Virus record (IMG/VR): IMGVR_UViG_2597489997_000001
Location: 128,001 to 192,000 of that record
Source of the DNA: a virus
Taxonomy: Duplodnaviria > Caudoviricetes
DNA: 64,000 nucleotides
Strand: one strand, 5' to 3'
Of this stretch, positions 48,453 through 58,500 are shown one piece after another. A model generated the notes under the pieces. It was given only the letters and a program-made list of their open reading frames with translations, was not told the DNA's origin and did no database searches. The stretch's first letter is position 1. Every line of letters begins with the position of its first letter. A program made the translations under genes and the position numbers.

Positions 48453-49185
48453 GCAACGTAAAACAGTTTACATCACCCACGCTTCTGCACCACACGAGGA
48501 TCGACTCATCATTAAACTGAGTTCATCAGAAGCTGCTGTTCAGGGATCCTGTAAAGCATCAGAAATCTTCCCTACCATCAAATCACTGGTAGCGGAACTG
48601 TTTGCCGAAGACTGGAAGGTCGCTAATCAGATTAACCGCATGGACCGTGAAGAGTTTGCATCCAAATACCACCTCGGATTCACTCCCACGGTACGTCCAG
48701 AATTCAAAGACGACTTCCTTGTTCCTCGCCCTCTGCGTATTCTGGCCGAACTCATTGATGCTCTGCAAAATAAAGAAGACCGCCAAGAAGGCGTGGCAGC
48801 TGTTGTTGAAGCATTGGCCGGTGAAGCCAAAGAAGATGACAACCCAATTTCCGATGTCATTGAAAAGATGTTCGACACTCGTGATTTTGCATGGGCTGTT
48901 GCAGCACAGGGACAGTGCAAAGCGAGTGGTAAAGCGTGGGGCGCAGAATACGAATTACGCTTCACTCATGCTGTAGGTAACTGGTATGTAGAAGGTTATG
49001 TGGGTACCATGAAAATGCGAATTTTCAAAACTCACTCTACCATCCAGATTTATCTGACCACTATGGACTGCAATCAGTTCGATATGTCTCGTTGCGATGT
49101 CAACCTGAGCGTTCATGATAAGTTCGGGTTCCGTGATTGGATCAAAGCACTGGCTAAACGTCAAGCTCCTAAACAGGAAGGCTAA
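48445..49185 (+). CDS. Hypothetical protein
   Basis: AAGGA RBS, 246 aa. Confidence 0.75.
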   Translation: MTKQRKTVYITHASAPHEDRLIIKLSSSEAAVQGSCKASEIFPTIKSLVAELFAEDWKVANQINRMDREEFASKYHLGFTPTVRPEFKDDFLVPRPLRILAELIDALQNKEDRQEGVAAVVEALAGEAKEDDNPISDVIEKMFDTRDFAWAVAAQGQCKASGKAWGAEYELRFTHAVGNWYVEGYVGTMKMRIFKTHSTIQIYLTTMDCNQFDMSRCDVNLSVHDKFGFRDWIKALAKRQAPKQEG

Positions 49186-49415
49186 TGAAAGAAGCTTTAA
49201 TAATAATTCTCATGGTTGTGGTAGCGTTAGTGCTACCCACCATTACCGCCTTCTATGTCCACACACTGTTTGAAGAGTTAAACATTATGGATCTCTTTAT
49301 GCTCTGGCTTGGGTGTGTTGTGATGTTCTCCGTAATCACCATTGGCATATTAGACGCAGTGTCCCCCACGTTAGTTCGTGGGGAATTCTCTAACAGAAAT
49401 CATCGGGGTGTATAA
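49185..49415 (+). CDS. Small two-TM membrane protein
   Basis: Two hydrophobic helices; TAATG coupling. Confidence 0.7.
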   Translation: MKEALIIILMVVVALVLPTITAFYVHTLFEELNIMDLFMLWLGCVVMFSVITIGILDAVSPTLVRGEFSNRNHRGV

Positions 49416-49900
49416 TGATTAAAGAAATCTCTACGTGGTTGATTGATCCTATTGATAATAACTGTGGGATCACGTTAACCGATGCTCAAATAACAGCATT
49501 ATCTATTTGGTTGACATTGGCTTATAATGACCCTCATGTGAAACCTTTGTGGTTTGCTCGCTGTGGTGAGTTTGCAACGCGTGATGGTCACACCATCAAG
49601 CTGAAGGGCATGGATGGCTGCATGTCTATGGATACGGTAATTAAGTTCCTGAAATCTATCAACTCTATCTGTGGCGGACCACTACATCACGAATATAATC
49701 GTGATGGGCTCTACTCAGTTAAAGTGATAGATGAAATTCTGGGTTACTACGATAGCCGTGATCGTAGTTGTTCGTCCATTGGCTTACGCTATACCGATGA
49801 CATGAAGGTTTGGTACGGGGTCAAAGCTAAAGTCTCTCAGGGTGCTGAACTAACATCCGTTAATTACAAGTTCGACAATTTGACTTTAGGTCAATTCTAA
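49415..49900 (+). CDS. Hypothetical protein
   Basis: TAATG coupling, 161 aa. Confidence 0.7.
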   Translation: MIKEISTWLIDPIDNNCGITLTDAQITALSIWLTLAYNDPHVKPLWFARCGEFATRDGHTIKLKGMDGCMSMDTVIKFLKSINSICGGPLHHEYNRDGLYSVKVIDEILGYYDSRDRSCSSIGLRYTDDMKVWYGVKAKVSQGAELTSVNYKFDNLTLGQF

Positions 49901-49931
49901 TTTAACCATTCTCCTATAGAGGTAGTAACAA

Positions 49932-50282
49932 ATGAAACGTGCGGTGATTCTCGTTGTAGCTATTAGTATGATTCTTACAGGTTGTTTTATGGAACCAAAC
50001 TCTACTAATACTGAGATCAGTGCTGGCAGTCATTATTTAAAAGGTCAGGTAATAGCCCTAGAAGCGTGTTACAGCAACGCGACTGACGTAGGGTCTACTT
50101 GTGTGGGTGTTGTCGATAACAACGGTCAGAAGCGCGCTGGTCGCGTTATGGGTGATATACGGATAGGTTCAAACGTCTATAAAGAATGTACCATCAGTGA
50201 AAGGGGTAATACCTGTTCCAATGTTTGGAAAACCTCTGTGGGAGAAGGTTATTTGAAGGGCGGTGAAATAGTTAACTTGTAA
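49932..50282 (+). CDS. Putative lipoprotein
   Basis: MKR + hydrophobic stretch + LTGC lipobox; four further Cys. Confidence 0.75.
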   Translation: MKRAVILVVAISMILTGCFMEPNSTNTEISAGSHYLKGQVIALEACYSNATDVGSTCVGVVDNNGQKRAGRVMGDIRIGSNVYKECTISERGNTCSNVWKTSVGEGYLKGGEIVNL

Positions 50283-50319
50283 ACATAATAGAGAACCTAC
50301 CCATTACGGGTAGGTTCTC
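50282..50319 (-). repeat. 38-bp terminator-like hairpin element, copy 2 (inverted), between convergent transcription units
   Basis: Exact reverse complement of 35060-35097. Confidence 0.9.
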
Positions 50320-50345
50320 TAGTTTATAATCTATTCATTTTTTTT

Positions 50346-51869
50346 TTATGAGTCAATACCGACCTGTATTATCACATCTTGAGCAGGTCCGTTGTTCTCA
50401 CTCTCTTTAAAATTCAGTTGAGCGAGGTATGCGAGGAACCCTGTCGTGGGTATGTTAAACAATCCCATGGTCCTTATCCTGTATGGATCGCTCCACGGAA
50501 CATCGAGGAATACTGTTGCACCACTCGATGTATTAATGCTCCCAGAACCCGTTATCGGAGTTGGGCTTCCGTTCTTCGTTCTCTTCTGGTTTACAGTAAT
50601 CTGTAAAGAAGCAGACGTTGCACCCTTAGGAACATTGGCTGGGGTTACTACTGTACTCAATGGCTCAGGGGTGAAATTAACCACCACAGGGTTAAGGGTA
50701 TATTCCTTATTACCGGATTTAACCTTGAACACCACGCTGATTTTACCACCTGCAAATTTAGAGGAATAATCAAACGCATATACCCCTGAAGCAGGTGTAA
50801 CGGGATTCAGCCGTGTAGCAATGGAATCATAAACGTTTGTGTTCCCACTGACTACAGGTGTTGTCACAGCGGAAACAAATGTGACATCAGTAGCAGGAAC
50901 CCCATCTTGATCTACGATGGTTATCTTTCGTTCACCTACGGTGAACGTGTTCAGGCTTCCAGATTCTAATGTCGCTGATAATGTTCTCACAACTTGCTTA
51001 GCGATGTTGTAAGTAATGGTGGATGTTAGATTCCAAGTAACCCCTAGAACGGTATACTCGTAACTAAAAGTGACTTCTCTAGAAACAGCTTCGACGGAAT
51101 CATTAATCACCTCCCAAGCTCCAGTCTCTGGGGTAAAGTTAATATACTCGTCTGAAGCAGTTATGTTTTTAGCAGAAGCAGTTACGTTGGTTCCATTGTA
51201 GTTAGTTAAGACTAATGGGAAAGCTCCAGTATCCCCTAGTTTAACATCTATGGAAGATGGTGTTGCTGTTAAAACGGGCGGTAGTACAAATGTGTAAACA
51301 ACGGTTAATTGAGCATCGTAATAATTGAACTTCAGATTCCCACTGATACTCTCACCGGGATTAGGGTTAAAGTCAGGAGAGATTTTAAACTTAAGTTCTG
51401 ACGCGGTTTTGCCAGTGATATTAATGATACCGGAAGAATCGACTATTCCTAAGTCAAGACTATTGAGGTCTATTCTTTCCGTACCGTTCCAAAGAGTAAA
51501 CGGAATGGTGTATTCAACTGCTTTATCAAATCTCTCTATGGGTTCGGTAGAATCCATTTTAAAATCTGGCGGAGAAACCTCAACCTCTATACTGAGCGTT
51601 GATATGTCTTCACCCTCGACACCTTCCTCATGCCCGTCATATCCAAATGGGACCACTATCGTGTTGGTGCCAGTCGCGATACCCTTTATATGAAGATCTA
51701 TGTGTTTACCATCTTCGTTTATATCACCACCCGCGCCTTCGACGAGATCTTTGAAATCGACTTGGTCGTTGAGTGTCATAGTCTTATCTACAGCGTTCTT
51801 ACCCTCAAACAAAGCAGTAACTTGGAACATTACTGTTTGCCCTTGCAACAATGTTACTTTATTAGCCAT
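50346..51869 (-). CDS. Ig-like repeat virion protein; putative fibre tip (class-B acceptor, no donor tail)
   Basis: GAGGA RBS; N-term TL..G.....Q....FEGK...VEG; Big-like VDQDGVP motif. Confidence 0.7.
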   Translation of the reverse strand: MANKVTLLQGQTVMFQVTALFEGKNAVDKTMTLNDQVDFKDLVEGAGGDINEDGKHIDLHIKGIATGTNTIVVPFGYDGHEEGVEGEDISTLSIEVEVSPPDFKMDSTEPIERFDKAVEYTIPFTLWNGTERIDLNSLDLGIVDSSGIINITGKTASELKFKISPDFNPNPGESISGNLKFNYYDAQLTVVYTFVLPPVLTATPSSIDVKLGDTGAFPLVLTNYNGTNVTASAKNITASDEYINFTPETGAWEVINDSVEAVSREVTFSYEYTVLGVTWNLTSTITYNIAKQVVRTLSATLESGSLNTFTVGERKITIVDQDGVPATDVTFVSAVTTPVVSGNTNVYDSIATRLNPVTPASGVYAFDYSSKFAGGKISVVFKVKSGNKEYTLNPVVVNFTPEPLSTVVTPANVPKGATSASLQITVNQKRTKNGSPTPITGSGSINTSSGATVFLDVPWSDPYRIRTMGLFNIPTTGFLAYLAQLNFKESENNGPAQDVIIQVGIDS

Positions 51870-51917
51870 GGCGATTTCCTCGTTATGACTCCTGTGATAT
51901 ATCTCCGAAATAATGGG

Positions 51918-51927
51918 GACATAAAAT
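51918..51927 (-). promoter_or_regulatory. Putative late promoter (TATG core)
   Basis: ATTTTATGTC on the minus strand, same 10-mer as 25314. Confidence 0.45.
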
Positions 51928-51933
51928 CCTAAT

Positions 51934-51963
51934 AGGAGTATCTCCCAGATGGGAGATACTCCT
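51934..51963 (-). terminator. Hairpin terminator after the 230-aa gene
   Basis: AGGAGTATCTCCCA-GA-TGGGAGATACTCCT (perfect inverted repeat). Confidence 0.75.
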
Positions 51964-51971
51964 TAGTTATA

Positions 51972-52664
51972 TTACTGTACGAACTGAACGTCGAAGCGAT
52001 TAGTCGGAATTGACCCATCGTTAATGTTGGTGTTCAGAACAACATCTGCACGCAGGGTGTAATCAACACCATCGTGATTACCAACTACCAGCAGTTTAGC
52101 GGTTGCCGTAACAACTTCAGTAGTGGATGATGCGATAGATTTAAACGCAAAGTTACCTTCACCAACCACACCGCTGAACTCAAACTTATCCATAATTGCA
52201 TCTGGATCGACACTAACGCCGGTGATGGTGTTGGATATATCGTTCTCAGCTTCGCCTTCACCTTTAACAACTTTAAAGGTCAGAGGTTTACTTTCCCAAA
52301 GATCCATGGTAAGTGGAGTGGTAACATCGATCAAGCGAGCCAGAGGGGCGGCTGCGGTGATCGTAAGTGCTATGGTCTTCGTACTTTTACCATAGCCTTC
52401 CACATCGGAGTTAACCCCAGCATCAGCATATTTGAATACCACTGTTGCTTCTTGGGTACCTTCCAGTACACCAGTAAGTGGTACGTCAACAACACCAGCA
52501 CCGCCATCAACGAGAGCACCGATAGTAACCAGACCCTTGAGGTCAGAAGCATCGGAATCAACACTGATCTTATTCAGGGCAAATGTTTTCCCTTCAAAGG
52601 TAGGTTTGATTTGAAGAGATGCAACTGCTCCCACTTCCAATGTAAAGTCTTTGTCGGCCATCAT
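51972..52664 (-). CDS. Two-domain Ig-like protein; putative self-polymerising fibre subunit
   Basis: Class-B acceptor N-terminus and GSIPTNRFDVQF donor C-terminus; AGGAG RBS; hairpins on both sides. Confidence 0.7.
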   Translation of the reverse strand: MMADKDFTLEVGAVASLQIKPTFEGKTFALNKISVDSDASDLKGLVTIGALVDGGAGVVDVPLTGVLEGTQEATVVFKYADAGVNSDVEGYGKSTKTIALTITAAAPLARLIDVTTPLTMDLWESKPLTFKVVKGEGEAENDISNTITGVSVDPDAIMDKFEFSGVVGEGNFAFKSIASSTTEVVTATAKLLVVGNHDGVDYTLRADVVLNTNINDGSIPTNRFDVQFVQ

Positions 52665-52667
52665 TTT

Positions 52668-52692
52668 CTCCTGTTAGGGACCGAAGTCCCTA
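52668..52692 (-). promoter_or_regulatory. GGGAC-UUCG-GUCCC hairpin plus AACAGGAG RBS
   Basis: Same cassette as 7875-7910. Confidence 0.75.
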
Positions 52693-52697
52693 TTGTT

Positions 52698-55517
52698 TTA
52701 AAGGAACTCAATATTAAAACGAGTAGTAGGAATACCACCCGAGTTAGGACGAGTACTCAATTTCACCTCTGCGGGGAGATCGAATACATTACCTTCATGT
52801 GTAACCTTGAACATCAGTGAAGCATAGTTAACCTGCCATTTAACCGGGTCGGCTTTAACAGATTTGAAGCCCCATGATGTATCAGAGATTTTCACAAACT
52901 CAAACTGCTGTGAAATTTCAGATGCGTTAACACAAGTAATCTCAGTCAGTTCAGAGGTAATATCTTGGTCACCTGCTTTAATACTAAATACTAAAGGCGC
53001 GGTATCCCAAAGGTCCATCTCATAACTTCCAGTCAATCCTTCTAAATGAGGACCGGTGGAGTTACCGATGGTGTACTTAATCTGAACGTTATCAGACCAC
53101 TTCATCGCCTGTTCTGGAATACGGAAGGAGAATCTGAATTCACCAGTTGCGGTAGTCTCAGGGTCCTTCTTAATAGTCCAGGTACCATCAGGCGAAACAT
53201 CAATATAGTCGTTAGGTGTTACCGACCACTCAACGGTAGCGTCTGTCAGGTCAAGACCAGGAGTCATCCTGGAAGTCACTTTAACAGGAACCTTACCGCT
53301 GTCGCCATTAACCCCAGTGATTTCACCAATCACTTCAACAGTCGGTGATGGGTTAGTCGTTTGGTGAGAAACTTTCACATCGAAGCTAACAGTACGTTCA
53401 TGATAGGTAATCGTAAAGTTAGTGATTCTCGTGTTCATCCCCTGGTCAGGAACCCACAAGGATTTAATCGTGAACCCACCTTCGATATTCTTAACAATCT
53501 CCACTTCATCCGGTTTGTTTGTCGTAACAACTAAACCATCGGAAAACATACTGATTGTATCTGTCTCTGATGTCAGTTTAAGGGTGATGTCAACCTGGTC
53601 TCCGGTTTTAACGTAAACCTGAGGAATAACATCGTCTACAGTTAAACTACCCAAACAAACTACTGACGTTTTGACTTCTACACGGTCTTCACCAATAACA
53701 CCTGTTGGGCTTCCGCCATCACGATAGAAGTTGAAAGTAATATCACCGTAGCGGTTATTCTGGAGACCTTCTACAACTACGTCATAGCTTCCATTGTCCC
53801 CAGGACCCTGACCGACAATGCTAACATGACTAGGGACTGTTGAAGTTGGCTCATCAAGATGGATAGGAATGTCAGTTCCTTCACCATTTATCGTTGGGTA
53901 GAAATTAAGCGTTTTCTGCTCACCCACTCTGAGGTTAACCTTGCTATTCCCAATCACATCAAAGTTGACAGGAGGAATAACATTAACCTGACACATCACG
54001 TCGACCCATTGGACGATATTGCCTGTGGTGTTCCAGTCCTCATCAATGGTGAATTTGAATTGTCCCGATTCCCCAACATTGCTGGACTTAATTGTCCCAA
54101 CGTAAGTACCAGGCGCTCCTTCTTTAGGAACAAACTGAGTAATGATCTCAACACCCGGACCAGATTGTTGGAGAACCAACTCACCAACTACCGGCGCTGA
54201 AGAATTATTCAGTCGTTCTTGTTTAAGAGTAACTTCTACCTGGGTATCTTTATCTACGGTAATCGCGAGTGGTGTGACAGTAGATATGACCGCTTTACCT
54301 GGAGCACTGTAAGTCAGTGTATTCAAGGTGGTTTTGAAAGCACCCAAACTTACTTTAGGAGCAACAGTAAGTTCACATGCTACAGGACCTAAATCGACAG
54401 TCCAGTAATAACGACCAGGCGTACCCTCTACAGGGAAGAAGTTCCCACTGTCGCCCTGATTGGTACCAAACAGTGGCGTGACCTGAGCGTTTAATGAGCC
54501 GTCGTAGAGAAGACCAGAAACAGGAACATTATCCTGATCGACTACATCAAACTGAATGGTGTTCTTCTTAGAAGATTCCAGCTCAGTTGATCCGACAACC
54601 TTAGCAGTGAGGGTAATGGCTTTAACGTATTCGAATTCAAAACTGAACGGAACAGTTGGGTAAATAGATGCAGTACTGTCGTTGTTGTAAGTTCCACTGA
54701 CAGTAACTTTACCAACCTCACCAGTTGATTTAATACCGAAGCTATATGTACCAGGAGTTTCAGTATTGGTTATTTGCTGACCTAACGTCGCAGGACCTTC
54801 GAAACCAGTAATTCTAACTGTTCCCACAGCTGGGGAATTAGGATCACTCGAGATTGCTTTGGTTAAGGCAAGAGTGATATCAGTTACTTCATTCAGCACT
54901 GCTGGAGCTGAATTTGGTACTGGAGTTGCAACAACCAAGGTCCCAGGGTTATTAAAGACCATATCGTCCAGGACGTAGGAATCTGTCTTATCTGGAACGG
55001 TAACGGTGAGAGTTACCGTTATCGTACCGGTTGTTTCACCAGGAGTTACTACAATGTAGTAACGGCCAGGAGTGTTAGGGTCCTGGTATATCCCACTGCC
55101 GTAAGATGTTACGACCGATCCAGTTCTTGGGTTCGTCACAAGCTTGAAATCAACTTTAGTGGCGCCGATAACTGGATCACCATTACCATCTTTCAGAGTA
55201 AAGTAAAGCTGTACGCGCTCAAAGGGAGTAAGGTCTCCAGTTGTTTCCAACTCGTAGGTTAGGACGTACGTTTCGATATGCTTATGGGTTAATGATAAAG
55301 GAACAACAACACGATGCTTTCCTTTATATGTAAAAGTTAGGTTCGGTGTATAAACAGTATCCTGTTCCACATCACCGGTAAAGGAATACGTAATCGTATC
55401 CTCACCGATGTCGGAAATCTGGACCCCTGGGGTGGGGTCCAGTGTTATTACCATTTCAGGATCTTTGTTAGATATCACCGTACCATTAACACTAGCGGCT
55501 TGCTTAAGTGTTTTCAT
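52698..55517 (-). CDS. Multi Ig-like domain virion protein (class-A acceptor, class-B donor)
   Basis: Big-1/invasin-like D..G.PV.G...PG.Y motifs; N-term SNKDP...IGEDTITY; C-term GGIPTTRFNIEFL. Confidence 0.75.
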   Translation of the reverse strand: MKTLKQAASVNGTVISNKDPEMVITLDPTPGVQISDIGEDTITYSFTGDVEQDTVYTPNLTFTYKGKHRVVVPLSLTHKHIETYVLTYELETTGDLTPFERVQLYFTLKDGNGDPVIGATKVDFKLVTNPRTGSVVTSYGSGIYQDPNTPGRYYIVVTPGETTGTITVTLTVTVPDKTDSYVLDDMVFNNPGTLVVATPVPNSAPAVLNEVTDITLALTKAISSDPNSPAVGTVRITGFEGPATLGQQITNTETPGTYSFGIKSTGEVGKVTVSGTYNNDSTASIYPTVPFSFEFEYVKAITLTAKVVGSTELESSKKNTIQFDVVDQDNVPVSGLLYDGSLNAQVTPLFGTNQGDSGNFFPVEGTPGRYYWTVDLGPVACELTVAPKVSLGAFKTTLNTLTYSAPGKAVISTVTPLAITVDKDTQVEVTLKQERLNNSSAPVVGELVLQQSGPGVEIITQFVPKEGAPGTYVGTIKSSNVGESGQFKFTIDEDWNTTGNIVQWVDVMCQVNVIPPVNFDVIGNSKVNLRVGEQKTLNFYPTINGEGTDIPIHLDEPTSTVPSHVSIVGQGPGDNGSYDVVVEGLQNNRYGDITFNFYRDGGSPTGVIGEDRVEVKTSVVCLGSLTVDDVIPQVYVKTGDQVDITLKLTSETDTISMFSDGLVVTTNKPDEVEIVKNIEGGFTIKSLWVPDQGMNTRITNFTITYHERTVSFDVKVSHQTTNPSPTVEVIGEITGVNGDSGKVPVKVTSRMTPGLDLTDATVEWSVTPNDYIDVSPDGTWTIKKDPETTATGEFRFSFRIPEQAMKWSDNVQIKYTIGNSTGPHLEGLTGSYEMDLWDTAPLVFSIKAGDQDITSELTEITCVNASEISQQFEFVKISDTSWGFKSVKADPVKWQVNYASLMFKVTHEGNVFDLPAEVKLSTRPNSGGIPTTRFNIEFL

Positions 55518-55536
55518 GGTGACGATTTAATCCTTA

Positions 55537-58500
55537 TTAACTTGGGAGGACGGAACTCTGAGTTAAGGTTAAAGGATGGTCCTTATCGCCTTCACCAGAA
55601 GTTTGGAATCCTTCCGAGAGTACCAGAGCAACTGATGTACTTTGTTGTGTCACTGTTAATGGACGATTCACCACTTGCGCGGCATTAGTACCAATCTTCA
55701 TGCTATAATCAATAGAGGTTTGAACGACAGTTTCATCGAATACTTCCCCTTTGAATCTAACTTTGAAGCTCGTTGGGGTTAGAGAATTAGGAACCATTTC
55801 GATAGCTGCATTATCTTTAACAGTTACCGATACGACTCCATTATTATTGGTAGTTGAATTATCCAGAGTTAATGGGGAAGAGCCATAACGCATGTCAGCG
55901 TGAATTTCAATCTCATCACCAAAGACACCGGTGATGGCTGTTTCGGTCTGATTAACGTTAGTGGTGTTAGCGGTAAACGTAGTGATAGGGATGGTCAACA
56001 CTGCGTAATCCACACCTTCCACTGAACCCGTTGCACCCGTTCTGGTGAAGGATATGATATTTGGGATAGCTACTGAGTTGCCTGGCTGTATTGGGCAGTC
56101 GTATAACTTAGTGTCACCCATGAAGTTCACACCTTCAATGGATTTGATATTGCCAGCCACCAGAATTTCCTTAACGGTAAATCCAGGGTTGCTAGATATC
56201 TTCTCACCTCTGTACCAGCCACTGACATTTATCCTTGCTGTTCCGCCTGCGGCCACAGTAACGTCACCACGAGGTGTGCCCGGGTTCATCAATTTAAGAA
56301 TGAACTCGGCACCGTCGTATTCAGCAATATTAAAGGTACCCGATGCATTACGAACAACACTATCGCCAGTGAGCTGATAAGTGAAGTCGGTAAGAACGGA
56401 AGTAGCCGGAATCTCAGTCGAGGAAGTGATTAACCAACCCGCATCTTTCTGAACAACATGGTCATTAGGAACAACCTTCAGATTAGTTACACGGCTAGTA
56501 AGATCAGTGGTTCCTTCCATTACTTTAAATGGAGGGGTGGTTCCAAAATCCCAAACTTTAACGCCCACAGGTGCATCAGTTACAGTAAGGTTATACTCTC
56601 TAACGACTGGAGCGGTTACTGTGAATGGATACTTCCAATTACCCTCATCAGTAATCGTCCCTGTGATCACTGCGTTCCCACTTGTCACCAGATCAAGGAT
56701 GATCCCGTAATATCCATTCTCATCCAATGCCAGTAACCCGGCGTTACTACCACCTGTTACAGTAATTCCACTGAGAGTCCCATTAGGGAACGTATACGGT
56801 GCTTCCACCCCATAGCGTTTCTGATCAAGTTTGAACTTGACCGTTACCTGATGGTTTTCATCTGCGGTGTAAGAAGGTGCATCTAACGTAGGTGTGACTG
56901 GAGATTTAGGTACGACAATGGTCGTATCCAATGACACTCTACCGCCTGAGTTTGGAGAGGTAACGGCACCTTTCAAGTTTAAGGTGTCTCCAGTATGCCC
57001 TGCGGTAAATTTCAATATCAGTCCATCAGCATCGTCAGGGTCATTAATGACACTATAACCTTCAGAAGCAATCATCGCATTACCATTACTCGGAGCCGGT
57101 ATAAGTTTAGGGTTATACACTACAGGTGTTGTTAATGCGGTAGAACCAACCCGTAGTTTGAACTTAAGCTCATTCTGAGTTGCCGGTGTGGCAGTAACTG
57201 TTTCAGATGTTACAGCTATCCCTAAATTTCCTGATGTGGCATAAACCCAGAAGTTAGAGTCGGTAGCTGGAGGCGGTGATGGTGTCCAATCCTTACTACC
57301 TTCAGGGGTACTATAGTACGCTCTAATCGGGTTGAAATACCCCTCAGTCCCTCCGAGGGTTGGTCTGGTGATTCTACCCCATACAGTGGTTCCTGTTCCA
57401 CCCACCCATTCCCAGGCTATGTTACCATTGGTGTTACCGGTCGCCTGACCAAAAATACTGTACATCGTAAGTTTGGTGTCTTCTAGCGGGATTCTAACAC
57501 CGTTAAGAATTGCGTAGACTATCGCTGCCGGACCAGTCCTTGATCCGCTCCTCATGTATGTAACTTCGTTTTGCCGACCAGTGAAACACCAACCAACGTT
57601 ATACATGCTGAGATAGTCACCGTTAATGAATCCAAGATCGGATGACCTGGTAACAACATCTTTACCTTCAACTGTTCCCGGAGTACCCTTAACCTTATAC
57701 TTAACACCAGTGAGTGTTAAAGGCGTTGCCTGCTTATTAGGTGATGCATGAGTAGCTCTAGCCCTAAGCGTTATTGTCAGTGTTTTATTATCTTCGGAGG
57801 CTTCTTGTTTAACTAAGGTAGTGTATCCACCCAAGGTTCCGCCAAGATCTGACAATTCAACTTTATCTGCGGCAGGTTTGCCTTTATATATAGGATAAAC
57901 TATAAAGGTTGTATCCTGAGCGATGGAGGCTCCGATCACCTCAGTAGGTTTAATGATTTCTAAAGTGACCCCATTCCAAGCAGCCAACTTAAAGGTAGCA
58001 GTTACCTGAGAGGTGAACTCTTTACCATCAACCTCAAAGGTCAGGTTAAATGTGGTCTTAACGTCACGAGCCGTTGTTTCGGCTGTTTCAACATACCACA
58101 GTTTTCCACCTTCGGTATCCGCAGTGATGTAAGTGTTAGGGACCATCTCAACTTTCTTGAGTTTGTCACTAGCATCTTCGCCGGCTGCGTTGGTGATGGT
58201 AAATGGTAATTCATCACCAGACTGCCAGATAGAAGTGGAGATAGGTTTGTCGGTGTAAACCAGATCTTTAATCAGGTTAGGTTGAACAGTAACATTGATA
58301 TCCATGGTGTCAGATTTACCGCCATAAGTGACAGTCATCTTAACAGGATAGCTCGTTTCCTGAAGAACCTCTTTGATTATCTTACACGTTACATCGGTAT
58401 CAGTTAAGAAACCTTTGCGCTCCAGGATATCGGCCGGAGCAAACGTATAAGTGATCCCAGTTGTAGCTGGTTTCAGTTCAGCGCCATTCCAGGTCAACTG

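Noticed and set aside
55518-55536. Ribosomal readthrough or bypass fusing the Ig genes
   Set aside because: Each downstream gene has its own Shine-Dalgarno and ATG, and the spacers contain additional stops; separate translation is simpler, though not excluded
55537-55556. Similarity of TTAACTTGGGA...GACGGA to the hairpin at 18477
   Set aside because: Short and gapped, and lies in coding sequence; likely chance
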